Position numbers and translations under genes: made by a program
Part shown: piece after piece, positions 50,116 to 62,605 of the stretch
Layout of the letters: each line of letters begins with the position of its first letter
How positions within the stretch are numbered: the first letter of the stretch is position 1
From: Schmidtea nova
Taxonomy: Eukaryota
Assembly: GCA_044892505.1 (NCBI GenBank)
Contig: CM097883.1
Coordinates: 289,540,001 to 289,604,000, forward strand
DNA length: 64,000 nucleotides
Direction: 5' to 3'
The notes under the pieces: model-generated
What the model saw: only the letters and a program-made list of their open reading frames with translations
Told to the model about the DNA's origin: nothing
Databases searched by the model: none

Positions 50116-51171
50116 ATGTTAAACATTTACTTATTTCTAATAATCTTCGAGATCCTTCTACAATATTTTCCTGGTCGAAGTTCCCAGCAGATAAATGTGC
50201 AATCCGTTGAATACTTAGATAAGATCTTACTCTCTAGCCATTCTATGATAAATTATCTTGAAAGAAAATATTTTCGAAAAACCGTCGATGTCGTTAGCGC
50301 TTTCCAAATGGCACAGGGTCAGTTGATGCAGATAAATCAGTCAGTTCTCCAGCAATATTGTCAAGCAGCTCTCTGCAGCTTCGAGACAATTGAAAAGAAA
50401 ATAGACAATTTCATTAACAGAATAAACAGACTGATATATTACGCAAGTTTGGAAGTCATGGAAAAAGAATCGGATGCTGGTTATTTCACTCGGTTCATAT
50501 CCATTATGAAAGTTCCTTTTTTGTATAATTCGACTTGGAAAACGTTCCGAAAATTATCAAATAATCAAGCCGAAATTAATGTTAAAAATCTTCTCAATTA
50601 TGACGATGTCATTGGGGATAGATGCTATGAGAAACTGATGGGCAGTGACAAGGTCCTTGACCATAACTGCTATGTAGATATCCATTGCTTACAATATATG
50701 ATTTATAGGCAATCAGTCGTTGGGTATTCTTTATCTCACAAAGTTCTCTATGGAATTTTCCTCCAATATCTCAACTGTTCAGAAATTGTAGACAAATTAG
50801 CCTTGGAAAAAAACACATCCAGAACTAATTTATTGAGCTATGAATGCTCGCTTGTCGAGAGAGAATTGCGTCAATTGTACAGTTTTTTTATTAATAATGC
50901 CACGGAAAATGTAGAGGATATCGATGGTTTACAGGACCTCTATAGTGAGCATTTATTGCTGTGCGGCATGGAGGGTTATTGGGAGGTTCTACAAAGGAAA
51001 TCTGTTGAGTTAATAATAAAATGGCAAAATAAAGATGGATGTATTGAATTGTTAAATTCCAGAAAATTTAAAGAAAAGCTATTAAAATGTTCTTCCCACC
51101 ACAATTCTTTAACTCTAGCTTTATTTGCAAATTACATTCGGTTTATTGTTCAGTTAGGGATTTACCAGTGA
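50116..51171 (+). CDS. UPF0764/C16orf89-like secreted protein, intronless, 351 aa
   Basis: Intact ORF with signal peptide; C-terminal DLYSEHLLLCGMEGY...IIKWQ...GC...CSSHHNSLTLAL matches my recollection of the family pattern. Confidence 0.75.
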   Translation: MLNIYLFLIIFEILLQYFPGRSSQQINVQSVEYLDKILLSSHSMINYLERKYFRKTVDVVSAFQMAQGQLMQINQSVLQQYCQAALCSFETIEKKIDNFINRINRLIYYASLEVMEKESDAGYFTRFISIMKVPFLYNSTWKTFRKLSNNQAEINVKNLLNYDDVIGDRCYEKLMGSDKVLDHNCYVDIHCLQYMIYRQSVVGYSLSHKVLYGIFLQYLNCSEIVDKLALEKNTSRTNLLSYECSLVERELRQLYSFFINNATENVEDIDGLQDLYSEHLLLCGMEGYWEVLQRKSVELIIKWQNKDGCIELLNSRKFKEKLLKCSSHHNSLTLALFANYIRFIVQLGIYQ

Positions 51172-52329
51172 TCTTTCCGTTGCGTTGTATATTATTATTT
51201 GTTGTGATTATTTAGTTTTTAGTGAATTTATTAATTTCATAAAAATATTTTTCCATTTATGCCCATTGGAACAATACGACCTACTAGAGAAAAATACTTA
51301 TTTCTTTATGTATTTTTAGACTAGTAGTTCTCAATCAGTATCACTAAGTCTATAAGATAATTCAAATAATTCCTGGATTGTGCACCAAAGAGCAGAAATT
51401 ACGGGCGAGAAATACAACAATTAAGGTTNNNNNNNNNNNNNNNNNNNNNNNNNNNNNNNNNNNNNNNNNNNNNNNNNNNNNNNNNNNNNNNNNNNNNNNN
51501 NNNNNNNNNNNNNNNNNNNNNNNNNNNNNNNNNNNNNNNNNNNNNNNNNNNNNNNNNNNNNNNNNNNNNNNNNNNNNNNNNNNNNNNNNNNNNNNNNNNN
51601 NNNNNNNNNNNNNNNNNNNNNNNNNNNNNNNNNNNNNNNNNNNNNNNNNNNNNNNNNNNNNNNNNNNNNNNNNNNNNNNNNNNNNNNNNNNNNNNNNNNN
51701 NNNNNNNNNNNNNNNNNNNNNNNNNNNNNNNNNNNNNNNNNNNNNNNNNNNNNNNNNNNNNNNNNNNNCAGAAAAGGAGAAAAGTTAAGTGCATAGATAT
51801 AAATTACGTGCATATACTGTTGGGTTATTTTTGTTGTTTAAAGATCGTTTTAAATATCTAACTCTTTGTGTCTTTTTAATTAATCGAAAATTAATAAAAC
51901 CCAACACAGAATATTTTATTGAATGTTCACCACAAATACAATTCGTCTTTGAAAAAAAACTTATTTTAATATATAAAACCTACACTTTCAACAATTTGCA
52001 CTTTCTCACGTTCCTGCCTTGATTAATGTTGAGACGTATAACCCAAGGGGTTATAGCCTCTTCTGGTAAGTTTTGTTTGACTAGGTTTTATTACAATTTT
52101 TTCTCACCTCTCTTTCTATCTTTTCAGGATCCTCAAATTTGTCTGTATAATATTATTTTCTTCGACTACTTTCGATTTGAGCCACTGACACCAATAATCT
52201 ACGTTTTATGGTATTTCAAAATTTCGCTCTCGACCACTGGCCACTTTCTCTTAGCGGCTACCTTTTCATACATATCTTGAATGGTAATTATCTAAATCTA
52301 AACCAACAGAAAAGTTAACAAATCTCTGG

Positions 52330-52810
52330 CCTAATTGGCCCATCAACAAATTATACTGTTGCTCTTTCTATCAGACCCGAGTGGATTTTTTCCAAATGGA
52401 TTTGCGCAATCTTCCGCCTTTGATCTCTCAGGTCTCTAATGCGCTCAGTTTTCTTCATTCTTCGGGTTTCTTATTGTCTTGGACTTCCCATTGAGTGATT
52501 AATTAATTTTAATTAATTTGATTTTACGATATAACTTTCTCTGGGGGTCCATACTAAATTTTTATTATTATTTTTGAATTTGTCTTTTGACTTAGCGTTC
52601 AACCATACTCATTTCCCCCGATGAATATTAATTTTAAATTTTTGATGATTTTTTGCACTTTCATTAATTTTGATATTTTGCTTTTATTATTATTATTTTT
52701 TCTTTGATGATATTAATATCAAACTTAGCATACCTTCCTTTTTTGTTTGAGATTCGTCCTAAAATCGATCTAATTAAAATGGTAGAGTCTAGTCAATACC
52801 AGAAAATATG
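52330..52810 (-). mobile_element. Diverged fragment of family A (3' UTR, PPT and start of LTR)
   Basis: Reverse complement aligns to 31215-31640 (GGTATTGA..GACTCTACC, GGACGAATCT, CCCAGAGAAAGTTATA). Confidence 0.8.
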
Positions 52811-52963
52811 TATTTCGTTGCCCATAGAACTAAATCAAAAGTAAAATTGTTATAATGACATTTTTATTTATCTGGTTTTTAATCAGCTTATCTGGTGCTT
52901 TATCTTTTAGAATATCCCTTTTTCTGCTTTTTAAAACAATTCTTTTCTTTGTAAATAATAATA

Positions 52964-53004
<41 letters not shown>

Positions 53005-53008
<4 letters not shown>

Positions 53009-56000
53009 GGGTTATTGATCGTCAATATGACCTTGACGTTGCTATGGCTCACATCAACAACTGAACATACAAAACATTAGCTAACCATCTTGTTGCCCGT
53101 CACAATTTAACGTTGGTAATGCAACAAATGGGTGGGTATTCGCAATCAGTGAGTGTCAAAAATTTGAAACTATGATTGACCAAATATCTCCTGGGTCCAA
53201 GGACTACCGATAGAAGGTTTAATGCCCATTTTGTCCCTTCTTCCATGATCTATCTATAAATATTCAAAAAAACTTTATCGGCTATTCAACATAAATATTC
53301 TACATCAATATAAATTTATCTTTGCATCAAAGGGAATCATTCTCAGCATCTAAACACTAATGTTGGGCAAAAACCACAAATTGTTTTAACGGAGCGATAA
53401 CCCCATAGGTAGAGAGCGCGCAAGATTCAGTTTTAACCCAAATATCCATTAAAAATCGAAACGATTAAGTGAAAAACAACAAAAGGTGAAGTGAACTCAC
53501 AACACATCAACCAGTAGAGAACGCGCTAGCTGTGAGTCTGAGAGCTCTTACATTGAAACCTCGAGAAAAATCAAATACCATCAAAAGAGGAACGTTTAAA
53601 AGTTAGAATAAGGCGGAAAACCCATTGAAAATGCCCATAAATAACGGAATTGTGTTATTAAACCTTCATGCAGAAAAAATTAACAGAATTTTAGCCGAAA
53701 ATTGTGATTTTAGCAAAATATTTCACATTAACAATAAAAAGAATCAATATTGATTGAAATATCGTAAATTAAATTAAATCGAACAAATTTCGATTCAAAA
53801 ATAAAATTTTAGATTAATATAAATTATTTGTGTTTTGTAAAAAATTATTACACAAAAATATGGATTTAATTTTCGGAAAATCATTGGAATTAATTTAGAA
53901 AAATTAAATGGAAAGTTCTAGAACAATTTGTTTTACTACACTAGTGAAGGTGACGAAAATCGACGGTATATATACCGCCATCAAAATGGCAAGAAACACA
54001 ATTTTTGTACGGAATTTGTGAAAAATTTTCGGTCTAAAATTTTTACAAAAATATTGTTTATTAAACTTTATTAACAATTTTTGAGAAGAAACCACCCGGA
54101 GCGTAAGGTTTATTTTTTTTTCTTAATTTTGTATATGCGTTATCGGCATGGGATGCCCAAGAGTCATGCCCTTTGGACCTCCCATGTCGACACAGTTCTT
54201 GTTTATTGTTATGTTATTTAATTCGTTAATTGTATTCTTTTATTACTGATAATATAGGATCATATCTAAAAATTTGTTTTATTTTATTTATTATTATTAT
54301 TATTATTTTATATATCACAAATTCCCATAATCCAACAAAAAATTTAGTAACTCAAACTCTTAAATAACTAAATAATTTTTTTTTTTACTTCCTTACCCCC
54401 TGAAGCCTGTGTCTGGCCTTGTGCCGATCGGGTGGAAGTAGCCTGAGCGGATCGCTGGTTCGATACGTAAATCGATCAGTCCATTCGTCCGAGTTCAGGT
54501 GATTAGCCTAACCATCCATGCTCACTTCATCCCAACTGGGGAACAGTGGCTTGGCCCAAGGCAAGGTGTTATATTAATGATATTTATTTATAATAAATGT
54601 AGTTTATCCGAATTTATAATTTTTGACATATTAAAAATTAATACCACATGAAAACGTAAAGACGAATCTCTCCAACAATGTCTTTTCCATTAGGAAAACT
54701 AATATGCAAAACATTTTACTCGTCCTTCGCCTTCACCTTCACAATAATTTTCTTCTCATCCAAGATCCAGAATATTAAAAACCGATATTAAAAAGTAAAT
54801 CGTTCGAATTAATGCTCAAATCCGATGGAATAATAATGAAACCGAAATTAACTTTACTCGATGTCGAAAAAATTTCGTTGAAAAATCTACAACTTAATTT
54901 TATTTTATTTTTATTTAGCATATAAAATTTTTTTAGATGCTTATTTAGATTTCGAAATGTATGGATGAAAAATTTATTATTGTGTGAATTTCGTTTCGAT
55001 CAAAAAATAGAAATTTACTTTTTATTATATTGGAAAATTTTTATAATGAAAAATTGTGAACCAAAAATTCTCCGAATATTGTTATGATATAAAAGATTTT
55101 GATATTTCATGAAATTCCTAAGAATTTGTAAATCAAAACTTGCATTGAAACTCATAAAAATTTTAAATCAGAAATATTATTATTATAATGAAAATTTTAT
55201 CATTTCAAAAAATCCAAAATTTCAGAATTCTATAGGAAAATTTTTTACTATATACATACACTTAAAATATAAAAATTCGAATATAAAAATGTATATTATA
55301 GAGACTAGAGATTTTATTATTATATTATTTTCATAAAATTATAAATTTAAAATTTAATAAAAGTATTGTAAAATTTATATTATGAAGATTAGAAATTTTA
55401 TTATTATATTACTTTCATAAAATTATAAATTAAAAATTTATAAAAAGTATTATAAAAGAGTATATTATAAAAATTATAAATTTTATTATTATATCCATAA
55501 AATTATAAATTAAAAATTTATAAAAATTATTATAAAATATGTATTATAAAAATTAGAAATTTTATCATTACTTGAAATTATAAATTTAAAATTTGTCAAA
55601 AGTATTATAAAAATCATTATTATTATTTTAATATAAAAATTATTATTATTTTTTCAATTTTAAAAAAATATTTTATATAATTTATATATATATATATTAT
55701 AAATACCCCCACGATATCTCAAAAATCATAATGCATCCCTAATTGCAAAAAATTACATCCATTTCATTCAACAACATTTCCCATACTAATACACAAGCAA
55801 CATATACTTAAAATACAATATACACACATACACAGTATCATTTATTAGCATTCAATAGTTATATACACACAAGCAAACAATACTGAAAATTCTACACAGT
55901 CATGTTAGTCGGCAACATACATCCAGAAAAACCGTACAAAAATTTCTATCATTCAAACCTACCATATAAAATTTAATATACCCAGCCAAATAGGCCATTT

Positions 56001-57018
56001 ACATTACAGTTTATTTTTAATTTACAAAATTTCATAAAAATAATAAAAACTCAAACGAAAAAGAGTAAAGACGAAAAAAATTTTTTATCTAAAGATTTAT
56101 TGATGAAAATTCAGTTTGAGGGATAAGAGTCCCCGGCAAGGATTTTTTTTTCGGTTTGTAGTACTTGAAGGGCCAGTTTCCACATATTCTCTTCAAGAAA
56201 TTTTCTAAAATTGATCAAAATAAATTATAATTCTGAAATAATCAAAATTTTACTTGGTTGGTAGAGCGGGCTATTTTGCTTCATAGGAGCTCGAATTCTA
56301 ATCGGATTGACCCGTTTGGGGCGGGAGAATTTTCCTCTGGTTTCGTAGTTTCTGGAAAGGTCCATTTCTTGTTGATCTGAACTATAGTAATAGTTAATTT
56401 ATCAATTTAGCGAAAAATTCAGGAAATTACATTTAAAATTAATATAAATTTTAAATTGAGTAAATTTGTCCTTTTGATTAAATTAGCAATTTTAAACAAA
56501 CGGAAATTTTATTTTTATTATTTCTAAACTGGATTAAATTACGGTAATAATTAAAATTTTTCTTAAATTTCAAATGCAGATTAAAATTTTTCCATAAAAA
56601 TATAATATTTTATGTATTAATTATCATAAAATGCAATATTGGTAAAGTATAGGGTTATATTAGTGTTTTGATGCTCGGAATAATTTATTTGGATGTATTA
56701 ATGAATTTATAGTTATGTAGAGTGTTTATGTTGAATTTCCGATAAAAATTTTTGTTGAAAGCTTATAGATAGATCGTCGAAGAAGGGACAAAATGGGCAT
56801 TAAACCTTCTATCGGTAGCCCTTGGACCCAGGAGATATTCGGTCAATCATAGTTTCGTATTGACGACGCTCACTGATTGCGAATACCCACCCACTTGTTA
56901 CAGTACCAACGTTACATAGTGACGGGTAACAAGATGGTAATTTCAATGTTTTATGTGTTGAGTTGTTGATGCGAGCCATAGTAACGTCAAGGTCATATTG
57001 ACGATCAACAACCCACCA
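53005..57018. mobile_element. ~4-kb non-autonomous element bounded by ~360-bp inverted repeats
   Basis: 53005-53361 is the reverse complement of 56659-57018; encloses the 2.6-kb core; left end abuts (TA)n; no transposase and no clear TSD. Confidence 0.7.
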
Positions 57019-58190
57019 TATAAAAATTTGGGGGCTCAGCCGGGATTAGGAGTTTGTTTTGCTTGAAAAAAATCGAAAAGCGACTAAAACGAGTTCACGC
57101 GAGACTTAATGAAAGTTTTCATAAAATATCAACAAACTGTTAAATAAAATTTTGACACAAACAGCGGAAAATTTTGTTTNNNNNNNNNNNNNNNNNNNNN
57201 NNNNNNNNNNNNNNNNNNNNNNNNNNNNNNNNNNNNNNNNNNNNNNNNNNNNNNNNNNNNNNNNNNNNNNNNNNNNNNNNNNNNNNNNNNNNNNNNNNNN
57301 NNNNNNNNNNNNNNNNNNNNNNNNNNNNNNNNNNNNNNNNNNNNNNNNNNNNNNNNNNNNNNNNNNNNNNNNNNNNNNNNNNNNNNNNNNNNNNNNNNNN
57401 NNNNNNNNNNNNNNNNNNNNNNNNNNNNNNNNNNNNNNNNNNNNNNNNNNNNNNNNNNNNNNNNNNNNNNNNNNNNNNNNNNNNNNNNNNNNNNNNNNNN
57501 NNNATTATGATTGGAATCATAAATAGTATTTTAGACGAGCTTTAAATCGAAAAATCGGAAAAAATCGAGAAAATTTCAAACAGAATCACCGCGAAAATGA
57601 AAAAATTGAAAACCAAAACGTGATTTTAAGCCCCAGGAGCAGTCAATAATCGAAAATGAAAATAAATAGCGACTACAGAGCGTAGAATAGGGGTCTCCAA
57701 TACAAACAAACGGCAAATATACCATAGGATAAAAAGTTGAGCCGGAATGGGCCAAAAGTCTAAGAAAATCACGGGTAAAATAGTCAAAATACCAAACCAC
57801 GGCAAATGAGTCCCACGGACAGCTAATAATCGTAAAATTGTTCAAATAACGTCCATGAAGCGTAGAAAGTGAGTACGCAGCACCGGCAAGTGGAAAATAC
57901 CTCGAAAGATAGAATATGACACCGGAATCCGCAAAAAGTGTAGAAAATCGCCGCTAAGAAATTAAAAAAAAAAAAAAATTGAAGAAATTACGAAATTTTG
58001 ACCCAAGAAAGCAGTAACACCGAGTATTAATGATCGTATAGATATCAGAATTATTATTATTATCATTCTAATAGTAGAAACAGTAATTTGGTCAAATAAT
58101 ATAAAAATAAAACTGAGTTATTATATTTTTATTATAATTATTACGTAATAATATATAAGAAATATATTGGTAAAATTGTTGTATAACGCG

Positions 58191-58253
<63 letters not shown>

Positions 58254-59423
58254 GATCATTTTAGTTATTATTACTAGTAGTNNNNNNNNNNNNNNNNNNN
58301 NNNNNNNNNNNNNNNNNNNNNNNNNNNNNNNNNNNNNNNNNNNNNNNNNNNNNNNNNNNNNNNNNNNNNNNNNNNNNNNNNNNNNNNNNNNNNNNNNNNN
58401 NNNNNNNNNNNNNNNNNNNNNNNNNNNNNNNNNNNNNNTATTATTAATATTATTACTGTTATGATAGTGAGTGGTACTGTTGATATCATTAGCAATATTG
58501 GTGTTATTTTGACCATTACTTATTAATTAAGAATGACTGAGGTATGACCCCTGTAATTTTATTTTGTTGGCAAAGAAGGACATGGAAAGTATCGGGTCTA
58601 AAAGAGATAACAACGAAAATGGATCAATACGTGAATTGTTTGTTTTAATTGGTATAATTTAATAAGTTTGGAGTTTGAATGATGGAGGGGATAGATTGTT
58701 GAAGTCAGAATGATGCATGGTGATATTGGAATGTTGAGCGCGACTCTGTTCGGGAATCGAAATCGGGAATAACTCTAAAATCTTACGAAATCATAAAATA
58801 ATATTTAACAACGACTTAAAAACAAATATAATGATACAGAATCAAACAAGAAAACGTGAGACTTAACGCAAATATGAAAATTTTGAGATGCACAAAATTA
58901 GGACCCTAGTAAAAGGAGATGTTATATGACCATAAGATATGGGATAGAGTTCACGCGAATCACTTAGAGAATAAATATTCGAATACACAAAAAATTGATT
59001 TCAGTAAGCGGAAAATTTCCGAGAATTTGCGAGTACTTTAAATAAAAATATAATTATCTTAAAATTGATAAAAGTGTAAAAATCATGAAAAAATTGTGTA
59101 AATAAATGTTTAATTATTCTTTATGTAGAAATATTAGTTATGTACTTAATGGCTGATTATTCTATTCGGAAAATATCGAATATGGACGAATGGAGAAAAT
59201 TATAGAAATATAAAAATATAAAAAATATAAAAAATATAAAAAATATGTATAAAAATGGCTGATTATTCTGTTAATAGTAGTTTTGAAAAATACAAAATAT
59301 ATAAAAAATTATAAAAATTCGTGTACATAGATGTTGAAATTTTTATTATTTATTTTTTCGTTCAAATTATAACGAAGGGTCAATTCAAAAAGTTATAAAC
59401 ACTAGTCATCATGAATATTTTAG

Positions 59424-59906
59424 ATGGAATCGATTGAGTATATTTTACTACGAATCGAGTTGTTTTTCGATTTTAAAGACGACCCATTGCAGGTGTTGAG
59501 CGAGAAACTCGAACGAGTAAATGGAATAAAAGATGAATTATTGTTGAATCCTAGACCACAACCTGAGAACCTAATAGTGATTGCAGGAATTGTGGGAACA
59601 ACAAACGATATTTCGTTGGAATCGATTTATGAATTACAGCGATTGCGACTGAATAATCCGAGCTTTAATCTGAAAATACAAGAATGGATTGGAAAAATCG
59701 ATAAAATCATAGACAAGTTAGAGAGATCGATAAATCAACAGATCGACTCATTCGAAAGATGTTATATTTGTCGACAAAAAGAAGCGAACATTTTATTCAT
59801 GCCATGTGGGCATTTGTGTTATTGCCAGCCGTGCTCTAGAGAAATAAAGCGATGCGTAATCTGCAAACAGGCAATTGATGACAAAATCATGGTATTTTGT
59901 TCGTGA
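59424..59906 (+). CDS. Intronless C-terminal C3HC4 RING (IAP/MGRN/RNF34-type) protein, 160 aa
   Basis: CYICRQKEANILFMPCGHLCYCQPCSREIKRCVICKQAI at the extreme C-terminus; TTTTAG just before the ATG could be a splice acceptor. Confidence 0.85.
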   Translation: MESIEYILLRIELFFDFKDDPLQVLSEKLERVNGIKDELLLNPRPQPENLIVIAGIVGTTNDISLESIYELQRLRLNNPSFNLKIQEWIGKIDKIIDKLERSINQQIDSFERCYICRQKEANILFMPCGHLCYCQPCSREIKRCVICKQAIDDKIMVFCS

Positions 59907-60914
59907 AGAATGTCGTTCGAAATAAACGTTTTAGTCGTGTTGAACTTCGTCGATCATCCAGTACTCCAAATCGTCGTAAAAATTAAATAAACACAGAACA
60001 CTAGGTAATTAATGATTGAGAGTCGTGTAAAAACATAACAAGTAACGGCTAATGCCGAAAAATCGAACATTAGGAAAATGGAAATTTGTGACAAAGTTAC
60101 TTTTCTTTTCTTTTTGAATTTTCTTTATTATTATTATAAATCCTCCTCATCATTATTATATTGATACAAATTTCATTACTATAAGTCTTCCTCATTACTG
60201 TTATTATATTGATTATCATTATTATATCGACCATTAGGACGGACAATAAGTAGAGTAATAAAAATTGATTTTATAAGGAGAATCTTCTGAAATAAGAGCG
60301 ATAAATGAGTGTCTGAGTAGGAAACGGGAAAATAGTACACAAATTCATAACTGAGCTATCAAAAGATAGTACGCCAAATTTTAACAGAGCTATCAAAAGA
60401 TAGTACGCCAATTTTTTTATTGTTGTTGAAAAATTAGTAGACAACAAACGGGGAAAAACTCGATCACCTTGAGGAGAAAGTGTAAAATAGGTACCAGCGC
60501 ATATGTTGGCAAAATTTCGTTTGTGACTGATCATCACAAATTGCGAAACGAGTTAACGCGATTATTTTACGATTTTGAATTAGGTGAAAGGACTAAACCC
60601 GTAATGTTCGTTTTATACACCAGTTTATCAAGGCATGATTGGTACACTGAGGTAGGAGACAGTAACATTAATAAAGAGAAAGATGCTGCAGATTTTAGAA
60701 AGTCGAAAGAGTAGAAAGTGAATTCCGACGATTATAGTAGAAAGATTTTACCATGGTAGTTAAGAAACTCGTAACTGAGAAGTAGTAGAACAATTTGAGA
60801 AAACCAGTCAGTAACAGCGAATTTATTTGTGAAAAATTAAAAGTCGAGAATAGGAAAGCGAGTGATTAAATAGTATAAAGAGAATAATCGAAGACGGCCG
60901 AGAAAAAAAAAAAA

Positions 60915-61851
60915 AATTGAGAAACTTTGAGAGTTCATGTATGTGAGAGACTTTGAGAGTCCAGAAAATTGAGAAACTTTGAGAGTTCATGTATGTGAGA
61001 GACTTTGAGAGTCCAGAAAATTGAGAAACTTTGAGAGTTCATGTATGTAAGAGACTTTGAGAGTCCAGAAAATTGAGAAACTTTGAGAGTTCATGTATGT
61101 GAGAGACTTTGAGAGTCCAGAAAATTGAGAAACTTTGAGAGTTCATGTATGTGAGAGACTTTGAGAGTCCAGAAAATTGAGAAACTTTGAGAGTTCATGT
61201 ATGTGAGAGACTTTGAGAGTCCAGAAAATTGAGAAACTTTGAGAGTTCATGTATGTGAGAGACTTTGAGAGTCCAGAAAATTGAGAAACTTTGAGAGTTC
61301 ATGTATGTGAGAGACTTTGAGAGTCCAGAAAATTGAGAAACTTTGAGAGTTCATGTATGTGAGAGACTTTGAGAGTCCAGATAATTGAGAAACTTTGAGA
61401 GTTCATGTATGTGAGAGACTTTGAGAGTCCAGAAAATTGAGAAACTTTGAGAGTTCATGTATGTGAGAGACTTTGAGAGTCCAGATAATTGAGAAACTGA
61501 GAGTTCATGTATGTGAGAGACTTTGAGAGTCCAGATAATTGAGAGACTTTGAGAGTCCAGATAATTGAGAGACTTTGAGAGTCCAGGTAATTTAGAGACT
61601 TTGAGAGTCCAGATAATTGAGCGCTCTGGGAGAGACTTTGAGAGTCCAGATAATTGAGAGACTTTGAGAGTCCAGATAATTGAGAGACTTTGAGAGTCCA
61701 GATAATTGAGAAACTTTGAGAGTTCATGTATGAGAGACTTTGAGAGTCCAGATAATTGAGAAACTTTGAGAGTTCATGTATGAGAGACTTTGAGAGTCCA
61801 GATAATTGAGAAACTTTGAGAGTTCATGTATGTGAGAGACTTTGAGAGTCC
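60915..61851 (+). repeat. 52-bp tandem minisatellite (two related sub-units) degrading to ~27-bp units
   Basis: AATTGAGAAACTTTGAGAGTTCATGTATGTGAGAGACTTTGAGAGTCCAGAA repeated without spacers. Confidence 0.95.
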
Positions 61852-62605
61852 AATGTTTGTGAATATTGTTGAGAAATTTAGGAAAACGTTTGAGAGATAG
61901 AACTAAATAAAACTGCGCAGTTAAAATTTTGTTATGACAGAGAAAAACGTTGAACGCGAATACTTAAGGTGTAGTAATACAAACCGGTAATAAGAGCAGA
62001 TAAAAGACATCGAGAAATACTTAGGAAATAAGATAATGGCCATGAATAGATGACGAATAAGACATTTTTTCCTCGAATGCCGAGATGAGTATGATCATAC
62101 TGTTATTATAGTATTAGTATTGTTATTATTATTATTATTATCAGGGTATAGATAATTGATACGACCATATAGATAATTATTACGAGATATAGATAATTTA
62201 AAATCTGAGCTCAGAGTAAAAGGGGGGTAAATGGCGTCGATGAAGAAGCGATATTTTTATTTAGATTGTCCAACAGATCAAAGCCAAGCCAAGAGAATAG
62301 TCAAATCAATCAGTTATTGAAGAGGTATATATAGAAGAAAAGAAGAAAAAGAAGTCTAATTGAAAAGGAAAGAAGTAAAAGAAAATAAATCAAAGAAGAT
62401 CCAATTGAAGATAAAAGAGAGATCAGCAATCGATATTAAACGCAAATCGATAATATTACCAAACCAACCAAGTTCGTAAAGTCGAAAGATAAAGAGTCAA
62501 ATCTATAAAGAAACGACGAAAGGAAATTACAAAGAAATAAAGCTGATAAATAAAGAAGTAAAATCCACAATATTAGAAAGTTTGTAGTCGATTTTCAAAA
62601 GAAAA

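Noticed and set aside
54440-54520. HDV-like ribozyme suggested by minus-strand CGAATGG
   Set aside because: No matching P1/P2/P3 pseudoknot could be built, and the motif is not kept in the 40490 copy.
56780-57018. Hammerhead ribozyme or tRNA-derived SINE head in the structured module
   Set aside because: No CTGANGA/GAAA core with flanking stems and no A/B boxes on either strand.
60915-61851. CRISPR-like array
   Set aside because: Units are contiguous and near-identical with no unique spacers; eukaryotic context; no cas genes.
62220-62250. PBS or PPT at AAAAGGGGGGTAAATGGCGTCG
   Set aside because: No adjacent LTR terminus could be fixed, and the ATG may simply start a decayed upstream part of the ORF.
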